A DNA stretch of 64,000 bases from Candidatus Bathyarchaeota archaeon (GCA_963833575.1 CAWHXY010000007.1:384001-448000); one strand, 5' to 3'; positions 49,084 to 59,132 are shown, counted from the first letter of the stretch. The notes: generated by a model not told the origin, from the letters alone. Translations and numbers: made by a program.

Positions 49084-49905
49084 TTAAAGATATTTTTCAT
49101 ATGTTTTTAGTTGGGGGTTGTTCATTTTGGAGACGAATATTTTGCCTGTGCCGTGTTCTGCGAGGTCGCCTAGGAATACGTAGAAGGGTCCTGCGACGTT
49201 TGTTGTGTCGTCTACTTTGACTTTGGGTTTGACGCTGTCTATGGTGAATGTGGGCATGATTTCTGGGATTGTGCCTGTTATGACGATTTTGCCGCCTGTC
49301 ATACATGCTCCTGCCCTTGTGTCAACTTCTTTGTCCACCAAGATTGCGCCGTCGCTCATGTGATAACCGAGGAATCTGCCTGCTCCGCCTTTGATTTTGA
49401 GTACTCCACCGTGCAAGTAACAGCCTGAGTCACTTCCGACTTTGCCGTCAACAACTATTAAGCCACCTTTCATTCCTGTAGCTGTCCCGCGGTAAGGGGA
49501 AGCTAAATAGTCGCCTGCGTCTCCATGGACTTCAATTAAGCCGCCTTTCATGTCGTTGCCTGACCATCCGCCTATGTTACCGTTGATTGTGATTTTGCCG
49601 CCGGCCATTTTTTCGCCTGTATGCATTCCTGCGTCGCCGTTGATGAGGATTTCACCTGTTTTCATTGCTTGACCGATTCGTTTGACTTTGCCTGCATCTC
49701 CGTTTATAGTGATGTAAGGTGTTTCAAGATGGTCTTCATTGATTTCGAAGACGTCGCCTAGTTTTAGGTTGCGGTTTCCTTCGGTAACGGGCAGGTTTGC
49801 TATTTCAGCTATGTCTTTGCCTTTGAATACGTCGGGGCTTATGCATGCCGCTTGGACAGGTACGTCAAATTTTCTTTTGGGGATTAAGATGGTCATTTTA
49901 GACAC
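49084..49905 (-). CDS. fwdC: formylmethanofuran dehydrogenase subunit C
   Basis: ISPD, GxxMxxG beta-helix repeats, YRG..GMKGG, FLGDLAE.G.G. Confidence 0.93.
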   Translation of the reverse strand: MSKMTILIPKRKFDVPVQAACISPDVFKGKDIAEIANLPVTEGNRNLKLGDVFEINEDHLETPYITINGDAGKVKRIGQAMKTGEILINGDAGMHTGEKMAGGKITINGNIGGWSGNDMKGGLIEVHGDAGDYLASPYRGTATGMKGGLIVVDGKVGSDSGCYLHGGVLKIKGGAGRFLGYHMSDGAILVDKEVDTRAGACMTGGKIVITGTIPEIMPTFTIDSVKPKVKVDDTTNVAGPFYVFLGDLAEHGTGKIFVSKMNNPQLKTYEKYL

Positions 49906-51595
49906 TTGCCTTTATGGTTAATTTTTCCGGAACCTTTAGGTAATGGTCGAACACTGGGTAATTGTCGTATTCGATTGTCCAGTATTGTTTGAATTTGCGT
50001 CTCATTTCGTCATCAACCACACATGGGTTTTTGGTTTGGACATCAAGCCACATAGTTCGGCCAGGTGTGGTGTTATTTACGACTTCGCCGTCTTTTACGA
50101 CGATTTTACCGTCTTTGATCGTGTAAGCTGCGTGTTTGAAGGCTTTACGTGCTATCTTGAATTTTTGGGCTATGTCAAGTTTTTCAGGGTTAATGTTGTA
50201 TATTGCTATGTCCGCGTCTGCACCGATCCCAAGGTGGCCTTTGTTTGAAAGCCCCAAAGCCTTTGCTTGTCCTGCACGGGTCATAATGGCTATTTCGTAG
50301 AGTGTCATTTCACGGTCGATTGTCGGGAGCAAGCTCTTATTCTGAGCTTTCTTGTTGCAATGTTTGAGTGTTGCTTCGCGGGCTTTCTTGCTGTATAGCC
50401 AAGCGAGAACACGTGGGTAAGCAAAGAAAGGCCCACCGTTAGGGTGATCTGTTGTCATAAACATTTTCCAAGGATCTTTTATGAGCAAAGCTAATTCCAA
50501 CCCGATAGACCATTGCAATGCGTTTACGGGACTGTTTTTCTTGTAGTGAAAAGGTATTATTCCGCCGCTGGTTTCGGTTTCGATGTCGCTGTTAACCCAT
50601 TTGTTGTGGCCGCCTAATTCGTAGAGTGAAAACTCGAAGGGGCCGTCAGCAGTCATGGTTGTGGTGTCTGTAAATATGACTTGGCCCATATCGAAGGTCA
50701 GGTGGTTGTGGGCGTTAATGTAATTTGAAATTTCTTCTGATGCTGATTTAAAGTGTGCCCAGCCGTCGCCTGCGAAACTTGCGAATTGCAAGTGAGTAAT
50801 GTGGCCAACTGGTTTGCCGTTGTAAGGCACACTTTCTAGCGCCTTCATAGTTTCAAGTGTTGTAGTGTAGTTGCCAGGTAATCCAAGGTTGTTAGTGTGA
50901 AGATGTATAGAGTGAGGTAAGTTAAGCAATGAGTTAACTTTGGCTAAGCCACATACAATTTCACGTGGAGTAATACAGAAATTAGCCACTTGATCATCAA
51001 TGCTGTGAACGTTATGCCCGAAACCCCAAGATTCTAAACCGCCTGGGTTAACAATTTTTATCGCATAACCCTTGGTTATATCCAGCATCCAAGCGACATG
51101 TTTAGCGCATTCTTCAATGTTGCCTTTAGCCAGGTTTTCTAATACAAACCACCAGTCGCCCAAAAGTGGATAAGTGGCTTTATCAAGCAAGGGTATGTCA
51201 TTTAATTCTTCATGGGTATGTTTAGCTTGCAGTGGCGCCATTGATGGATTCATGACGGTTGTGTAACCCATTCGAGAATAACGGTAACCAGTGGTAAAAG
51301 TGGAAGGAATAGAGTAGCCAGTACCACTACGGGTCATGACTGTTTTGCGTTCCACATCTTTAACGTGATCGTCAGGGCGAATTAGTCTGCCAGTGTTAAC
51401 TTCTCCACCCGCGATGTGTGTATGAATATCAACGCCCCCGGGCATAACAGTTAAGCCTGAGGCGTCAATTACTTGGGCTTTGCTACTGATTTTTTTGACG
51501 ATTTTTCCGTCTTTGATGGCTATATCCATTTTTTCTCCGTTAATCTTGTTAATGGGGTCAAAGACGAAGCCGTTTTTTATTAGTAACTCAGTCAT
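49898..51595 (-). CDS. fwdA: formylmethanofuran dehydrogenase subunit A
   Basis: GGVDIHTHIAG, KIVNPGG, HSIHLHTNNLG, TMTADGP, TTDHPNGGPF. Confidence 0.96.
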   Translation of the reverse strand: MTELLIKNGFVFDPINKINGEKMDIAIKDGKIVKKISSKAQVIDASGLTVMPGGVDIHTHIAGGEVNTGRLIRPDDHVKDVERKTVMTRSGTGYSIPSTFTTGYRYSRMGYTTVMNPSMAPLQAKHTHEELNDIPLLDKATYPLLGDWWFVLENLAKGNIEECAKHVAWMLDITKGYAIKIVNPGGLESWGFGHNVHSIDDQVANFCITPREIVCGLAKVNSLLNLPHSIHLHTNNLGLPGNYTTTLETMKALESVPYNGKPVGHITHLQFASFAGDGWAHFKSASEEISNYINAHNHLTFDMGQVIFTDTTTMTADGPFEFSLYELGGHNKWVNSDIETETSGGIIPFHYKKNSPVNALQWSIGLELALLIKDPWKMFMTTDHPNGGPFFAYPRVLAWLYSKKAREATLKHCNKKAQNKSLLPTIDREMTLYEIAIMTRAGQAKALGLSNKGHLGIGADADIAIYNINPEKLDIAQKFKIARKAFKHAAYTIKDGKIVVKDGEVVNNTTPGRTMWLDVQTKNPCVVDDEMRRKFKQYWTIEYDNYPVFDHYLKVPEKLTIKASV

Positions 51596-53146
51596 TTAAG
51601 CAACCTCTGCTTTTTTTGTTTTCTTTCTTTGTTTAATTTCGATCCTTGGGGCTAGTTTGTTGCGTGCTTTGAGTTCTGCGTTAGTTTCAGTTTCTGGATT
51701 TTTAGCTTTAATTACTCGAACCTCTTCAAGTATTTTCGTTAAGAGTTCTTCGTCGTTTAGGATACCTTTTGGCGGCTCAACGACTTTGCGGAGTTGTATT
51801 GGCACTAGATCCATGCGGTAAGCAGTGCCTTCGTATTCTATACCGCACCATTGCGTGGGAAACACTACGTCGCCAAGCCTTGAGATAGCATTCATGTCTG
51901 GGTTAATGGTGATTATCGGGTGCTTCATCATATTTTGCATAGCTGCTTTGGGAAAGTGCGCGCCTGGATCTGACGAAATAACTAAGGTTGCATCGTTGTC
52001 GCCGCGTCTTAGCAAGTCGATGGTTGTGAATTCTCCAGGGTTATATTGTGGGTAGCCCTGTGAGAAGTCAAGTGCGTATGGATAGCCTGTTTGCCAAGCG
52101 AATACTACGTTTGCGCCTGTGACATTGAAGTGTCCTCGCATAGGTGAGATGACGAATTTGGTTCTTCTGTTAAGGTCACGTGTCAATGCGATTGCTATTT
52201 CGATATTTCTGAATCTGCCTGCGCTTTGAGTTAAGCCTAGTCCAAAAAAGATGCAGCCGAAATCGCAGTTTACCATTGCATCTGTTACTTCTTTAAGGTA
52301 TTCAACTGGAACACCGCCTACCTTATCAACATCAAGTTCTTGATCGGCTACTAAACATCTCATGGCGTCTAGTATTTCATAATCTTTGTTTGGTTCAACC
52401 TGAATGAAGTAATCAGCTGCCTCGGCAGTTATTGTTTTTCTGACGTCGACAACAATTAGTTTACGCCCGTTCTTGTTAATTGCCTGAGGAGGCGCGCCTA
52501 CAGCGCATGTTTGTGGATGAACTGGAGGATTATAGCTACCCAATATTCGCTTTGAAGCGGCGGCTACTTTTTTCTGGCTTGCAGCGCCCTTCAATCTTTC
52601 CATGTAATTTTTCCATTCACTACCTTCAAAACGACCTTCAGTGAAACTGGTATATCTTTCAAGATGCCTTGGGTGTGAAGCCCATGGATCGCATGCCCAG
52701 TAAATTATAAGGTCTGCACGGTGTCTAATTTGCCCAAGGGTACAGGAAGGGATACCGATTTCTTGTTCAGCCATAACTGATGGTCCGTGGCAAACGCTGC
52801 AACAGTTATCCAATGCCGAGCCTAATTCTTCAGCTAATTCAACGCCGACTCGCTGCGCTTCGCTTGTTGAACTGCTCCAGCCGAATAAAAGCGGATACTT
52901 TGCATCAGTGAGAATTTGAGCTGCTTTATGGATTGCTTCATCCATGGTTACAGGAACTAACTTGCCATCTTTTCTTATCATGGGTTTTAGAATTCTTTCT
53001 TCGCTTTTGTACCCGTGAACCATTTTGGCTTCGCATTGGGCACAACCATTCTTCATTTTTACAATTTCGTTATTTTCCACTGTAACTTCTAAGTCATCAC
53101 ATAAGCAGCCACATATTGGACAAACAACGGATTTAATTTCTGTCAT
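51596..53146 (-). CDS. fwdB: formylmethanofuran dehydrogenase subunit B (Mo/W-bisPGD)
   Basis: CPICGCLCDD, VCHGPS, HPRH, MRGHFNVTG, WQTGYP, EGTAYRMD. Confidence 0.96.
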   Translation of the reverse strand: MTEIKSVVCPICGCLCDDLEVTVENNEIVKMKNGCAQCEAKMVHGYKSEERILKPMIRKDGKLVPVTMDEAIHKAAQILTDAKYPLLFGWSSSTSEAQRVGVELAEELGSALDNCCSVCHGPSVMAEQEIGIPSCTLGQIRHRADLIIYWACDPWASHPRHLERYTSFTEGRFEGSEWKNYMERLKGAASQKKVAAASKRILGSYNPPVHPQTCAVGAPPQAINKNGRKLIVVDVRKTITAEAADYFIQVEPNKDYEILDAMRCLVADQELDVDKVGGVPVEYLKEVTDAMVNCDFGCIFFGLGLTQSAGRFRNIEIAIALTRDLNRRTKFVISPMRGHFNVTGANVVFAWQTGYPYALDFSQGYPQYNPGEFTTIDLLRRGDNDATLVISSDPGAHFPKAAMQNMMKHPIITINPDMNAISRLGDVVFPTQWCGIEYEGTAYRMDLVPIQLRKVVEPPKGILNDEELLTKILEEVRVIKAKNPETETNAELKARNKLAPRIEIKQRKKTKKAEVA

Positions 53147-53151
53147 GCAAT

Positions 53152-53553
53152 TTACCGTCCATACTCTTTCATTAAAAGCTCGTCAAGGGTCAAGACAACT
53201 TCATTTGGGGCAGGTTGGACTTCAACTGGAAAACCTTTAAACATCGGCATACCCATGCCGTAAGTTTCGTCGCCGCAGATTGCATTTGCCCATAAACCGC
53301 ATGGTATGAAAACCATCCCGGGTGTAATTCCACTTGGAAATTTTACTGATTTAACGATTACAGAACCATATTTGGAGGACACTTGAACGTTTGTCCCACT
53401 TTTTATACCCAGTTTTTGCATATCAGATTTGTCTATAAAACAGACTGCAGCGCTGTCAAAGTATTCTTGGGAGCCTTTCCCCATCTCTTTTCCTACGCCT
53501 TGATCAATTGTTCTACCAGTAATTAGAGTAGCTTGCAATTTTTGCTCTACCAT
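53152..53553 (-). CDS. fwdD: formylmethanofuran dehydrogenase subunit D
   Basis: LITGRTIDQG, FIPCGLWAN, GMPMFKG. Confidence 0.95.
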   Translation of the reverse strand: MVEQKLQATLITGRTIDQGVGKEMGKGSQEYFDSAAVCFIDKSDMQKLGIKSGTNVQVSSKYGSVIVKSVKFPSGITPGMVFIPCGLWANAICGDETYGMGMPMFKGFPVEVQPAPNEVVLTLDELLMKEYGR

Positions 53554-53707
53554 GGTCTAAGACCTTACCCAATAGAGTTTATAGAGTCATATTTAAAATT
53601 AAGTTTAAGAAAAATGTAAAACTCCCCTTTAACTGACCCATTGTAGATGCAAAACTTTCATAGTTACTGCGAAGGATAATTACTGCTGAAAAATTTTGCT
53701 AAAGTAT

Positions 53708-54079
53708 TTATTTTAATTTAGCATGCTCAGCTTTGAAAGTAGCATTGTATGTTCGTTTGCCGCCCTCATTAAGGAAGAAGTTAACTTTTCCCTTTAAAGT
53801 GACCCCTCTTAATCGCCTCAAATCTTTAGTCATATCGGGCTCAGTATCATCAAACCAGCACATGACATAATGATCGGCTGCGCCTTTGGATGTAGACAAG
53901 TAGTCAGCGTCACCCATTAGTGTAAAAAAATCTTTGATGCCCCCAGAGTAGGTTGAGCCTTCTTCAGGCTTGAGCGTTAGCTCTTTTGCTTTAACGACTA
54001 CGAACGGGTCAATTTCTGGGTTGACATCTCTTTCCTTAAAAATGCATAAAACGGGTTTTTTCCAGACAAGTTGAGACAA
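53708..54079 (-). CDS. hypothetical protein
   Basis: 123-aa ORF with GAGG upstream. Confidence 0.7.
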   Translation of the reverse strand: MSQLVWKKPVLCIFKERDVNPEIDPFVVVKAKELTLKPEEGSTYSGGIKDFFTLMGDADYLSTSKGAADHYVMCWFDDTEPDMTKDLRRLRGVTLKGKVNFFLNEGGKRTYNATFKAEHAKLK

Positions 54080-54219
54080 ATCGATAGCCTCAATAAGCTA
54101 GCTTAACGCAATTATTTAACCATATTGCAAAATCACAAGCTATGTAGTGCAAATTACATTGTAATTGATGGTAAGCAAATAAGTTGAAACTGAAAAATAG
54201 AATTGGTGTTTTGGGTTAA

Positions 54220-54726
54220 TCACACTGGTTTATATGTTATGTGAAATGTTGCTGGTCCGCCTGGTGGCAATACAAAGAATACAGTGTAGCTTTCTTGAGT
54301 TGAGCTACCGTATGTTGCGTTGTATGAAGTGGTGCCTTTAAGTTCAAAATCGGCGCTATTTATTCCGTTTAGAATTGAGTAGACGTCTGCTGACATGCAT
54401 TTATGGGCAGTTCCATTATCCCAGTAACCTTTGTAGATGTAGATGTCGGTGTAGCCGTTGGTGCCGCCTGGCATTTTAGTGCAATTTATCGTTAATTGCC
54501 AATGCTGATTTGCTGCTACCGTAAACGGTACATAGCCAATTGAGACTGTGCTATTCAGAAAACGTAAACAATCATTTGATCCGTTGACCGTAAAATCCAT
54601 CGCCTTAGTAGGTTGTTGAGTCGGAGCTGTTGCGGACTCCAGAAGAATAGCAGTCATCACAGCACAAATAACAAGAACACCAACAATTAAGCTTAACAAT
54701 TTCTTATTCATTTTTGCCCCTCTCAT
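54220..54726 (-). CDS. secreted/membrane-anchored hypothetical protein
   Basis: N-terminal signal/TM, beta-rich, NxS/T sites. Confidence 0.75.
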   Translation of the reverse strand: MRGAKMNKKLLSLIVGVLVICAVMTAILLESATAPTQQPTKAMDFTVNGSNDCLRFLNSTVSIGYVPFTVAANQHWQLTINCTKMPGGTNGYTDIYIYKGYWDNGTAHKCMSADVYSILNGINSADFELKGTTSYNATYGSSTQESYTVFFVLPPGGPATFHITYKPV

Positions 54727-54894
54727 TTTCTTTTGCTTTTTAATATATTTCTTGCCTAATCGACAAGCTCTGACCTATTTAGCGTTCATACTATGAATTG
54801 CTATTATACGTTTTGGAAATTTGTCGTACTTGAACGAAGCAAAAATAATAGCTGCTTAATCTAAATCCGGACAAATTATCGAAATCAGAGGATA

Positions 54895-55506
54895 TTACGC
54901 CGTGATAATCTCAATTTTCACTAGAAAATATGCCCAGTACCTGCCTTGTGTTAGCAAACCTTGGGGTCCTACAAATGCAGCAGATAATGGCCCTTTATCT
55001 GAGGTCAAGTTTGTACTATTGCAATGGTAAGCAATAATCATCGTTAATCGTTGCGAAGGCTGTACAGTGGCTCTTGTCGTTGGATCATAAGTGTTTAGTC
55101 CTTGACCTTGTACCTGTTGATAGGTAAATGTAACCTTGTAGCCATCTGATCCCGTAACAGTGACGTTCTCGGTGCTTGTAATACCTCCAACCAAGTTTAA
55201 GAGAGTTAGAATAGGCACTCCTGTAAAATTTCCAACATAAGTCGTGTTCTTATCGTCGATGTATCCGCCAGTCGCCGAGTAAGATTGTAATGCGGCAAGT
55301 TGGCTTGAATCTAAAATCAATTGTCGCCCGTTAGCCCCAACGAGAGTTAAGCTCAGAGTTGGAAGAATTACTTTTGTTTTTGTGGCGTTTGAATATGGCT
55401 TATAAATTTGCCATGAAACCACGACGGCCACGATAACAATAATGATAATAGCAACCGCAAACATTTTTTTGTTAAATTTTCTTTTTACGCCCGAGTCCAT
55501 ATTCAT
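54895..55506 (-). CDS. membrane-anchored protein with molybdopterin-oxidoreductase-like (sulfite oxidase Mo-domain) fold
   Basis: FTGVPILTLL, VTVTGSDGY, MIIAY..N, GPL, W...LVKIEI. Confidence 0.7.
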   Translation of the reverse strand: MNMDSGVKRKFNKKMFAVAIIIIVIVAVVVSWQIYKPYSNATKTKVILPTLSLTLVGANGRQLILDSSQLAALQSYSATGGYIDDKNTTYVGNFTGVPILTLLNLVGGITSTENVTVTGSDGYKVTFTYQQVQGQGLNTYDPTTRATVQPSQRLTMIIAYHCNSTNLTSDKGPLSAAFVGPQGLLTQGRYWAYFLVKIEIITA

Positions 55507-56033
55507 TTATTTTCTCCCTCTCTTAGTCGATTATTTGGCTCTTTTCTTAAGCTTATTTTCATAATAACAACAACGGCAATCGTTAGAATTGCAACAGCCA
55601 AAATAACCATTATTGCTATTGGGAATCCTGCTGCGAACAAACTTTCAGAGCTTGATTGAGTCGAATTATTAACAGAATAATCTAACGTCACATTTTTGCC
55701 TGTTGTGCAGGAGCAAAAAGTATTGTCAAAAGTTAATGTGTATGTTCCAGTAGTAGAAGCTGAAAACGAGAAATTTGTATAGGTGACATAGCTTTGGTTC
55801 AATAATTCTTTTCCATTTGGGTCTGATACATTGAAATCAACTCCTATTCCTGAGCCGCCAGAAACAGAAATGGTGCCATTAACAAAATCGCCTTTGTTCA
55901 AATTCACGTTTACAGATTGTTTGTTTCCAGGTGAAATCGTGAATGTCTCTGTCGCTTGAACAAAAGACATCAATGTCCACAAAAGTATCAAGAAAATTAT
56001 CAATGCAAAAATTTTCTTATCCAAAGATACCAA
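55503..56033 (-). CDS. emp24/gp25L/p24 (GOLD-like) domain membrane protein
   Basis: Signal peptide; VSGG..VDFNVSDPNG; FSFSASTTGTYTLTFDN; C-terminal TM. Confidence 0.78.
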   Translation of the reverse strand: MVSLDKKIFALIIFLILLWTLMSFVQATETFTISPGNKQSVNVNLNKGDFVNGTISVSGGSGIGVDFNVSDPNGKELLNQSYVTYTNFSFSASTTGTYTLTFDNTFCSCTTGKNVTLDYSVNNSTQSSSESLFAAGFPIAIMVILAVAILTIAVVVIMKISLRKEPNNRLREGENK

Positions 56034-56331
56034 TTATTGCTTAACCAAGTTTGTTAATAAGCCTTATGGAAACCAGCGCGCAGTAAAAAGGATTAATTTG
56101 AATCCAACCAACGACCCTACAACTAGCGACACTTCCTTAAGTTACGCTAACAATGCAAAACGGGTTTGGTAAAAACAGATGAAAACTTGGGAAAAAAGTA
56201 AATTATTAATTGTTACAATGCAAGTAAATATTATTTTGTAAAAATAGAGAACGTTAAGGATACAGAGGTTCTTAGTTAATTCGTAAAATTTTATCGAAAA
56301 TTTAAAAAGCTAACGTTCTCTCATTTCATTT

Positions 56332-57399
56332 ATGAAGTTATCTTTTAAAATTGGTTCTGCATGGGGAATTCCAATTGAGCTGCACCTTACTTTTATACTT
56401 TTAATAATTGCAGTTCTGGGTCTAGCAATCTATTATAGTCAAATTTATTCTTTCATCCTTATAGTATTTCTCTTTGTTTTCGTTCTTTTTCATGAGCTTG
56501 CCCATTCGGTTGTTGCGAGACGTTTTAACATCAAGGTGCGTAAAATCGTTCTGTACCCTATAGGCGGTGTTTCTGAAATTGAGGAAATCCCTGAAAATCC
56601 ATCGATTGAGTGGCGGATGGCCGTAGCTGGGCCTCTTACAAGTATAGTTCTTGGAGCTGCCCTTCTGGGAACTTACTATCTCTTTCCTGGAATACCTTTG
56701 TTCCCGGCGTCTTCTTTTGTGATTTCTTCTGGAAACTTGTTGCTTGATCTTGGATACCTAAATCTTTTGCTTGGCGCATTCAACTTAATTCCAGCTTTTC
56801 CTATGGATGGGGGGAGGGTTTTTAGAGCTTTATTGGCCGAACGCATGAAGTTTTCTGATGCCACCAAATATGCAGCTTATATTGGTAGGATTTTTGGGAT
56901 TCTGTTGGTGGTTGTTGGGTTCTTTTTTAATTTTGTGTTAATCTTGATTGGTGTCTTTATTTATATTGGTGCCAGTGAAGAGGCTGAGCAAACTATTGTT
57001 TCTACCACTTTGGCTAGTGTTCGTGTGAAAGATGTTATGCAATCTGCCGTGGGGTCTGTTAGCCCCGACCAAACTATTGCTGAAGCCATGGAAGTTATGT
57101 TCAAAGCTCGATATCACGATGCACTTGTCGAAAAAGAGGGTTTTTTTCAAGGCGTTGTAATCTGGAATGAAATACTCAAAATTCCCCAACAACAACGCAA
57201 CAGCATAAAAGTTGGACAAATGCCTCTCAAAAATGTTTCAACTTACCCTGACGAAGCGGTCATAGAAGCATACAAACTCATGACGAAAGAAAAAATAGAC
57301 TTGCTTCCAGTCGTAGATAAAGAAACGCCGACAAAACTAATAGGAGTTTTAACTAGCGAAGCGGTAGCTACAGCCTATGAAAAAGCGAGAAACCGTTAA
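56332..57399 (+). CDS. site-2 protease (M50) with tandem CBS domains
   Basis: HELAH, AGP, FNLIPAFPMDGGR, C-terminal CBS pair. Confidence 0.94.
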   Translation: MKLSFKIGSAWGIPIELHLTFILLIIAVLGLAIYYSQIYSFILIVFLFVFVLFHELAHSVVARRFNIKVRKIVLYPIGGVSEIEEIPENPSIEWRMAVAGPLTSIVLGAALLGTYYLFPGIPLFPASSFVISSGNLLLDLGYLNLLLGAFNLIPAFPMDGGRVFRALLAERMKFSDATKYAAYIGRIFGILLVVVGFFFNFVLILIGVFIYIGASEEAEQTIVSTTLASVRVKDVMQSAVGSVSPDQTIAEAMEVMFKARYHDALVEKEGFFQGVVIWNEILKIPQQQRNSIKVGQMPLKNVSTYPDEAVIEAYKLMTKEKIDLLPVVDKETPTKLIGVLTSEAVATAYEKARNR

Positions 57400-57793
57400 A
57401 CAAGAACAACATACCCGCTGCTTCAGGCTTCAATTAACACTATCTGTAATCTTATGTATTACTACACAATACTTTTATAACAAGCAACCTAACTTAAAGT
57501 AGTAACTTTCCAACCAAAAGAGCCCAAACGTGGAAGAGGTTCTTGTGGGAAAAGACAGGCGCAAAGCAATTGAGCTATTTTGCGACATGTGGGGGGTAAG
57601 CTCAACGACCGCTTCGTGCGAAATGCCTTTGAACACATTGAGCCTCTTCTTCAATCAACAGTTAGAGAAAAAAGTTCTAGTTGTCTATTCACAAAAAGTA
57701 CGTAATTTCTGCCATAGACAAATCCTATTATCCCAAAAATAACTAATTCTAATTTGCAACTTTAAAAAATATTAACTTTCCAATAAAAAAGGA

Positions 57794-58363
57794 GTGAAAA
57801 ATTTGGGAACCGAAATTCGTACATTTACATCGTTAAAGGATATAACAGAATATCTAGCAAATCAAACTTTGCAATACCGGACGTTATTTGAGGATTACAG
57901 CCAATGGCTAGGTACATTACTGCGTGATTTTGAAAGCGCTCACAAAAACGAAGAGTGGTATCAAAAATCAGCGGCTTTACAAAAAGGCTTAAAGACGCAA
58001 TCCAAAAAACCCGCTGAAACATCCGACAAGGGAAAAAAAGGTTCCAAGGGAAAGGAAGAATCTTCATGTTGGGTTCAATCAGGGGAAATTGCTATTTCCT
58101 ATACTGAACAAGGACAAACTGAGATTCTTTTTGAGGCCATCGAAAAACTAAGCACAAAAATTCAGGAAAATGAGAAATTTAAGGTCACGATTCAACAGCT
58201 TGCCCGTTTAGGATTGGGAACAAGTATTAACTACATAGTTTACCTTGAAGATGACGTTCCGAAAAAAATTGTCTTGAAACCGAAAGCCAACGCTAAAGGA
58301 GATGAAGCTTTCAAGTTTATGACAGAGCTTTCCGTGCCAGCATTCTATACAAGTACACCATAA
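57794..58363 (+). CDS. hypothetical protein
   Basis: 189-aa ORF, helical segments flanking a Lys-rich loop. Confidence 0.75.
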   Translation: MKNLGTEIRTFTSLKDITEYLANQTLQYRTLFEDYSQWLGTLLRDFESAHKNEEWYQKSAALQKGLKTQSKKPAETSDKGKKGSKGKEESSCWVQSGEIAISYTEQGQTEILFEAIEKLSTKIQENEKFKVTIQQLARLGLGTSINYIVYLEDDVPKKIVLKPKANAKGDEAFKFMTELSVPAFYTSTP

Positions 58364-58459
58364 TAAGCCCACCATGTGATTCAATAGGGGCTAAACAGTA
58401 GTAGAAATACAAAAGTTAAATATTAAAATAACGAGAATGATGTAAGCGAGGTATCAGCC

Positions 58460-58987
58460 GTAAACCCACAGTATTCTGTTTCAGGTGTCATCGTTTCAAT
58501 AAACCTCAATAGTTTACAGGCTGAAAGAACGGGCGAGTATCTTTCAAAAGATGAATTATTTTTTGATGTCAACGCAAAACTTGAGGAGCAAAAGAAAGGA
58601 ACCAACGAAGTGACACTTGCCTTTAGTTTAGCGATTTCCACAAAGCCAAGCGTTGTTAAATATAACACGTCAGGCTTAGTCACCCTGACCGGTAAATCAG
58701 ATGATATCAAGAAAAAATTAGAGGTAAACCCTAAAACAAAAATTCCCCAAATACTCTTCACTATTTACCAACATGTTTTCAACTCAATCTACATATTATC
58801 ATCCAACCTAAACACACCATACCCACCTCCAGACCTCCTTCATCCAATGGCGGAAAAAATACAAATATTATCTAATGTAGGTCAAAATCAGTCCTCGCCA
58901 GAAAAATCTGAAACAGCACCGCCAAATCCTGCTTCAGTAGCTTCAACTGCCGCACCTACAGTAGAGAAACAAGCGGCAAGCACGTAA
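58460..58987 (+). CDS. hypothetical protein, possibly SecB-like fold
   Basis: Frame is open from 58427; protein-like LNSLQAER..FDVNAKLEE lies upstream of the ORF-track GTG 58610; C-terminal PYPPP; start inferred. Confidence 0.65.
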   Translation, partial: VNPQYSVSGVIVSINLNSLQAERTGEYLSKDELFFDVNAKLEEQKKGTNEVTLAFSLAISTKPSVVKYNTSGLVTLTGKSDDIKKKLEVNPKTKIPQILFTIYQHVFNSIYILSSNLNTPYPPPDLLHPMAEKIQILSNVGQNQSSPEKSETAPPNPASVASTAAPTVEKQAAST

Positions 58988-59132
58988 AATTTGTGCTTTC
59001 TTATTTGGTTGAAAAAACTTTTTTTAATATTCCCATTTTTGATATGTTTTTGAAACAAAAATGATCTACAAACCAGAACCATGTTATTAAATACTTTTTA
59101 ACTATAGAGTCTCAAGAAAGGAGAAATAAACT

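Noticed and set aside
56090-56135. tRNA-like fragment (atttgaatcc...acgaccctac) as att site for tRNA-Pro
   Set aside because: Match is too short and lacks the acceptor-stem sequence
57530-57742. 70-aa ORF upstream of the 57794 gene
   Set aside because: No recognisable features; may be promoter/UTR sequence
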